NCBI GenBank assembly: GCA_036339735.1
Contig: JAYZAL010000019.1
Coordinates: forward strand, 42,859-106,858
DNA length: 64,000 nt
Direction of reading: 5' to 3'
Source of the DNA: Candidatus Poribacteria bacterium
Lineage (GTDB): Bacteria; Poribacteria; WGA-4E; UBA9662
Shown here: positions 59,773 to 64,000 of the stretch, piece by piece
Numbering within the stretch: the first letter of the stretch is position 1
Layout: every line of letters starts with the position of its first letter
The notes under the pieces: model-generated
The model's database searches: none
What the model saw: the letters and a program-made list of their open reading frames with translations, nothing else
What the model was told of the DNA's origin: nothing
Position numbers and translations under genes: made by a program

Positions 59773-59934
59773 TGACTTCTCCTTGTAAAATTCTTTTCAG
59801 TTTGAATTATAAGGGATCGAACATAACTATCTTCACAAACGAATTCCAAAAACTCATCCTTAATTCACTTGATATAGAATCAACACATAAGCTTTATGAT
59901 TCTATCGCTTCACACCTACCATTTCGGATGATAG

Positions 59935-59964
59935 AAACCGGCTAAACCAAGGTCCAGCCGGTTT
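59935..59964. terminator. Hairpin downstream of the malectin gene
   Basis: aaaccggct...agccggttt. Confidence 0.55.
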
Positions 59965-59994
59965 GGTATTTTTTTCTAAAACTTCAGAAAAACC

Positions 59995-60663
59995 CTAGTT
60001 CTTCTTGATTTCCGCCCAAACACTTGCCAGTTTAGCCTTAGGGTTTACGGCTGTTCCTTTTCCTACTGGAATTACCTCAATACCACTAAAGGTCGCATTG
60101 AGATCTCCTTTTCCTGTTTCCTTATTACCAGCAAAATTCAGATTGAGTACTCCATCCGTGACCGATACATTTTTGAAAATTTTGATATCGATCTCATCTG
60201 CGCCAGGTGCTACATACAATGGTGCGACATTTTCATCCTCGATCAAGATATCAAATCCACGGTTATCAGGTGACCAATGCTCACCCACCAAATAGGTGAC
60301 ATCGAAAACACCATTTCCGGTCCTGAGTCCCATTTGAACAATATCAGGATATTTTGCCCAGCTGACAGTATGAAAGATAGCATGATCATAACCGGCCTTA
60401 TCTGCTTGGGCTTTAGCCGCATCGGTCAGCTTTTTGACTTCCGCTGTTTGGGGCTCTGTTCCAATCCAGCCTCCCCAAGAGTCGTCATCTTTGATATTAA
60501 ACTTCTGCAGACCACCAAACCAGATTCGACCTTGGCTATCCTTGTAGTCGTCTACCTTACCACCAATCACCCGGATCACTGGTTTCTCCGTAGTTTTTGC
60601 TAAAACAGAAACAGAACACACTACGAAAAGTATTCCTGTTAATAAAAAGAAAAGTTTTCTCAT
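59995..60663 (-). CDS. Secreted malectin-domain protein with C-terminal KLxxxW tail
   Basis: AGGAG + ATG 60663; Y.DSQG..W, NG.FDV....E, R.FDI.I, VTDG.L.L.F, SGIEV; ends VNPKAKLASVWAEIKKN. Confidence 0.8.
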   Translation of the reverse strand: MRKLFFLLTGILFVVCSVSVLAKTTEKPVIRVIGGKVDDYKDSQGRIWFGGLQKFNIKDDDSWGGWIGTEPQTAEVKKLTDAAKAQADKAGYDHAIFHTVSWAKYPDIVQMGLRTGNGVFDVTYLVGEHWSPDNRGFDILIEDENVAPLYVAPGADEIDIKIFKNVSVTDGVLNLNFAGNKETGKGDLNATFSGIEVIPVGKGTAVNPKAKLASVWAEIKKN

Positions 60664-60832
60664 AAATAAACTCCTTAAAATAGAATGAATATCATTCTTG
60701 AATTCTTTTACGATCGGGACTTTATCAAAGTAATTGATATTAATCAAGGAGCAACGATCTTGATTTAGGTGTTATCAGTACACGTTTGATAGTTGATCTT
60801 GTCCTATTATTCGGTCAATATTGTCCTCTTAG

Positions 60833-61063
60833 AGTCTAAAATATTCTACCCGTTGGACCAAACGTATTGATCAGGCTCTCGGTAGTCTCTTTGGTTTTCT
60901 GGTCATTGCTGTCGTCTGGGAGTTGCTCGGCCCACTCAGCCTAGGTACCCTGAGTGATCCTTGGGTTCGTATTTCTTTAACTATTATTACGCTGCTTTTC
61001 CTATTCTTCACCTATCTAACTCAAGACTCTCTACCCAATCATCGACTGATCCAAGGTTTATAA
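60833..61063 (+). pseudogene. Startless 3' fragment of a membrane-protein gene
   Basis: Open frame with two hydrophobic stretches (LGSLFGFLVIAVVW; ISLTIITLLFLFF); in-frame TAG immediately upstream. Confidence 0.35.
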
Positions 61064-61260
61064 AGTCAGGATAGTGAAGTGAATATCACTATTTATAGGC
61101 CAACCCATTCTCAGCTAGAACCAGGAATGTAAATGCAGGGCCAGCAGCTTACTAGGATGGTAGGACTGCGAACGGGGAATCGGTGACCAGTGGTACTTAC
61201 TTCTGTCGGTTGCAAGCTGGTGATTACCTAGAAACTAAGAAGACGGTGATTCTGAAGTAG
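61064..61260 (+). pseudogene. Remnant of an FlgD-Ig / T9SS type-A-like C-terminal domain
   Basis: AAY*DGRTANGESVTSGTYFCRLQAGDYLETKKTVILK*; the conserved Trp of WDG is TAG. Confidence 0.8.
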
Positions 61261-61273
61261 TTGATTAAAGCTA

Positions 61274-61302
61274 TTGCATTAATAAAATTACTGACTTAGA
61301 AT
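61274..61302 (+). promoter_or_regulatory. Sigma70-type promoter
   Basis: TTGCAT-17nt-TAGAAT. Confidence 0.55.
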
Positions 61303-61421
61303 AAGGGCCAATGGAGGATCGGCGGGGATCAGTACCAGTTGGTACTCTTTTCTGTCTTTATCTTCTTTAGTTAACTAATCTGTTCACCTCCATGAAAATT
61401 ATCTAAAGCGGAGGGAATTCT

Positions 61422-62336
61422 TTGCACTATCGTCCTCTAGGCCAAACTGGTATCAAAGTTTCCGAAGTCGGTCTGGGCTGTAACCGCCTCGGCCAAGATC
61501 ACCAACCACAAGATTTCTGGATCGACCTAGTCCGCCAAGCAGCTGACCTGGGCGTTACCATCTACGACACCGCTGAAGCCTATGAATGGGGGGGAAGCGA
61601 GGAAGTTTTGGGGCTGGCCTTGGGTAACCGAGACGACGTTTACATCGCTACCAAGATGTCTCGGATTCGAAAAACCAATGCTAGGGATTACTCCGCTAAC
61701 CGCATGCGAGAAACCGCTGAGGACAGCTTACGCCGTCTAGGTCGCGAGTGTATCGACATTTACCAACTTCATAGCCCCGGCCGGGACGACATGGAACGCG
61801 ACGACTGGGTCTCAGGTATGGACTCTCTCAAAGCTGAGGGTAAGATCCGCTATGCCGCCGTCGCCGTCAACAGCGTCGCTGACGGTATTTGGCTCATCGA
61901 ACAAGATACGGTTGATGTACTCCAATGCACTTATAACATTTTCAATACGAATGCTGAAGACGGTCTCTTTGCTTTAGCGAAAGAAAAAGGGATTGGCCTG
62001 CTGATCCGACTTCCGCTGGCCCAGGGCATCCTCAGCGGAAAATTCAGCCCTGGTAACAAAGTACCGGCAGGCCACCGTGCCCACTTAGCTGGCGTCCAGA
62101 TGCAAGATCGAATCCACAAGGCATTGGACCTACGCCCACTTGGCAACGTGTACTCAGGCGGCATGACGCGCTTAGCCCACCACTTTAGCCTAAAGCCACA
62201 GGCGGTTTCAGCCATCATCCCCGGTGCACAGAGCATAGACCAGCTCAAGGAGAACGTGGCAGCTTCCAACCGAATCGGTCTCACCGACGAAATGCGCCAA
62301 CAAGTCGATGCTATTCGCGCTAAATGGGAAGATTAA
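61422..62336 (+). CDS. Aldo/keto reductase
   Basis: LGQTG..VSEVGLG, DTA..Y..G.SE, IATK, SLRRL....ID.YQLH, IPGA....QL.EN. Confidence 0.93.
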   Translation: MHYRPLGQTGIKVSEVGLGCNRLGQDHQPQDFWIDLVRQAADLGVTIYDTAEAYEWGGSEEVLGLALGNRDDVYIATKMSRIRKTNARDYSANRMRETAEDSLRRLGRECIDIYQLHSPGRDDMERDDWVSGMDSLKAEGKIRYAAVAVNSVADGIWLIEQDTVDVLQCTYNIFNTNAEDGLFALAKEKGIGLLIRLPLAQGILSGKFSPGNKVPAGHRAHLAGVQMQDRIHKALDLRPLGNVYSGGMTRLAHHFSLKPQAVSAIIPGAQSIDQLKENVAASNRIGLTDEMRQQVDAIRAKWED

Positions 62337-62643
62337 CGTATTTAATTAGGACTTAAGGATATGCTCACGGGTCTTAGCGTCGAAAGATTTACAATCACCT
62401 GAAGTAAACCAGTACTGTTTGGCACCCAAGTTAATGTCGCCAAAGATACCATGATTGTAGCTAAACCAGAAAACTAGTCATACTTGATTAAACCCCAACC
62501 AAGATATCAATCATAATTAGCCCTGTTGTGTCAAATCAATCGGATTTTCGTCAAATGGAACGGTCTTGGCCATATCGTCATTAGAAGTCCAATAAATTTC
62601 ATGTTCGGCAGTCTTTATTATCAATCAGTGGAGTGAGGTTGAG

Positions 62644-63396
62644 ATGAAAGCTAACCAATTAACAAACGGGTTGATTGACGTTTTCCAGTTAGAGGGCGTT
62701 GTCAAAATCCCACAAGTAATCACTAAGCCTGAGGCTGAACGGTTTCGACAGTCAGCCATGCAGGTTCTGAACCAGATGCAAACCGAAGCGCCCAATAACT
62801 ATGCAGGAAAAGCCTTTCATCAAAAAATCAATATTTGGTGTCAGGATGAAATCATGCGAGAACTGACATTTCACCCTAATTTGACAGCCATAGCCACCCG
62901 ATTGGCCGGTACTAAGTTGCGAGTCTGGCATGATCATATCTTAGCGAAGATGCCAGAGCTTTCGGCGCCAACAGCCTTCCATCAGGATTTGGTCAAGTGG
63001 CCTTATGATCGGAAAAGTATGGCTCTTTCGGCTTGGGTTGCCTTACAAGACACGACGATCGAAATGGGTTGTATGTCTTTTCTACCCGGTTCCCATAAGT
63101 TGATGAATATGCGTGATATTCATACTTCAGATCAAGAAGGTTGGAAGAAGGAAATGCCAGATTTGCAATGGTGGCCGCGTTTAGCCATACCTCTGCAAGT
63201 TGGAGACTGTACATTTCATCATGGTCTGACTTTTCATTCTGCCGGGGCCAACCTCTCAGAACAGTGGCGGGTTGCTCACGTGGTAATCTTCGTTGACGCT
63301 AATGCTACTTACAACGGTCAAGGTCACATAGTAACGGACCCATTGGATTTACCAGTTGGCACTTTACCACCAGATAATATTTGTCCACCTGTTTAG
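62644..63396 (+). CDS. PhyH-family dioxygenase
   Basis: HQD..WP, WVALQD....GCM.F.PGSH, FHHG...HSAGAN. Confidence 0.92.
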   Translation: MKANQLTNGLIDVFQLEGVVKIPQVITKPEAERFRQSAMQVLNQMQTEAPNNYAGKAFHQKINIWCQDEIMRELTFHPNLTAIATRLAGTKLRVWHDHILAKMPELSAPTAFHQDLVKWPYDRKSMALSAWVALQDTTIEMGCMSFLPGSHKLMNMRDIHTSDQEGWKKEMPDLQWWPRLAIPLQVGDCTFHHGLTFHSAGANLSEQWRVAHVVIFVDANATYNGQGHIVTDPLDLPVGTLPPDNICPPV

Positions 63397-63857
63397 TTTC
63401 AGTGTTGTAAAGTTGAGTCCTGAAGGTAAAAAGTTTGGAATGGAAACTAGTCTAAGTCTGTCCAAAGTCCAAAGACATATTCGGGGCAATGATTTTAAAA
63501 TTACTGGTACTATCAATTCGATTTCAATTAAGATAAAAGGAATACAGTGGGGACAGTTAAATTTCTAATTCCTTGAGAGTCGAATTCGTGTTAAAGATGT
63601 AGCATTCGATAGGCATCTCAATCTGTAAAGGGGTCTAGAAGTTTCCCCGCCTTTTCATCGGTGAGCAAATGGCGAAGCCAAGATTGTAGGAACCATCAAT
63701 AATGGCAGAAGCTCGGCTATCTAAAGCTGAGCACGAATAATCTAACCAGAAGTAGAACTAACGATTGGTATGAAGGAAAAGTGTGATCTATAAAGTAGTA
63801 TGGACAGTTCTCTTTTCGCTATTCTTTTTTACGAATTTATGGGGGGAGGAGAATAGG

Positions 63858-64000
63858 ATGACACGAGAGAAAGTGATCGATAGGATGCAGCCATACGATG
63901 GTGGGCATGTTAAGGGTGTCGATACAGACACCCTCATTGGCAAGGTGATGTGCGGATATCAGGGCTGGTTCGCTACGGAAGGTGATGGATCAGGCAGAGG
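63858..64000 (+). CDS. GH99/GH71-like 'xylosidase/arabinosidase' protein, 5' part (runs off window)
   Basis: GGAGGAG SD; MTREKV...TLIGKVMCGYQGWFATEGDG. Confidence 0.7.
   Translation, partial: MTREKVIDRMQPYDGGHVKGVDTDTLIGKVMCGYQGWFATEGDGSGR

Noticed and set aside
406-63568. Numerous 60-150 aa ORFs overlapping or antisense to longer genes (e.g. 39062-39505, 24871-25284, 61931-62284)
   Set aside because: Shadow frames of well-supported genes with no recognisable motifs

Overview
A 64-kb, AT-rich bacterial chromosomal window, densely coded. The gene content suggests Candidatus Poribacteria, though this is inference: six PhyH-type dioxygenases, LamG/malectin proteins with a shared C-terminal 'V[DEN]xxxKLxxxWxx[LI]K' tail, YCF48 repeats, a sulfatase and an FlgD-Ig-type tail remnant. 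Core genes include thrB, lolA-pgsA-thpR-recA, cstA, oligopeptide ABC subunits and an NfeD-flotillin operon. No rRNA, tRNA or CRISPR array was recognised. The strongest discovery candidate is at 14.0-17.8 kb. A TonB-dependent receptor is followed by a Cys-rich leader ORF ending in RSPP. The codons right after RSPP are a perfect 12-nt complement of the next gene's Shine-Dalgarno region. That next gene is mis-started in the ORF track. It appears to begin at 16768 with a signal peptide and an in-frame TGA-GGT-GCC-TGA (UxxU), making it a probable di-selenocysteine, His-rich outer-membrane channel under arrest-peptide control. Other highlights: (1) a ~3.9-kb element bounded by 13-bp direct repeats, carrying a primase-polymerase/Zn-finger/SF3 helicase, iteron-like repeats and a catalytically dead serine recombinase; (2) an intact 938-aa P-type ATPase homologue whose catalytic motifs are all replaced; (3) a TolC+MFP pair coupled to a non-RND membrane protein; (4) a candidate structured ncRNA; (5) two genes absent from the ORF track.
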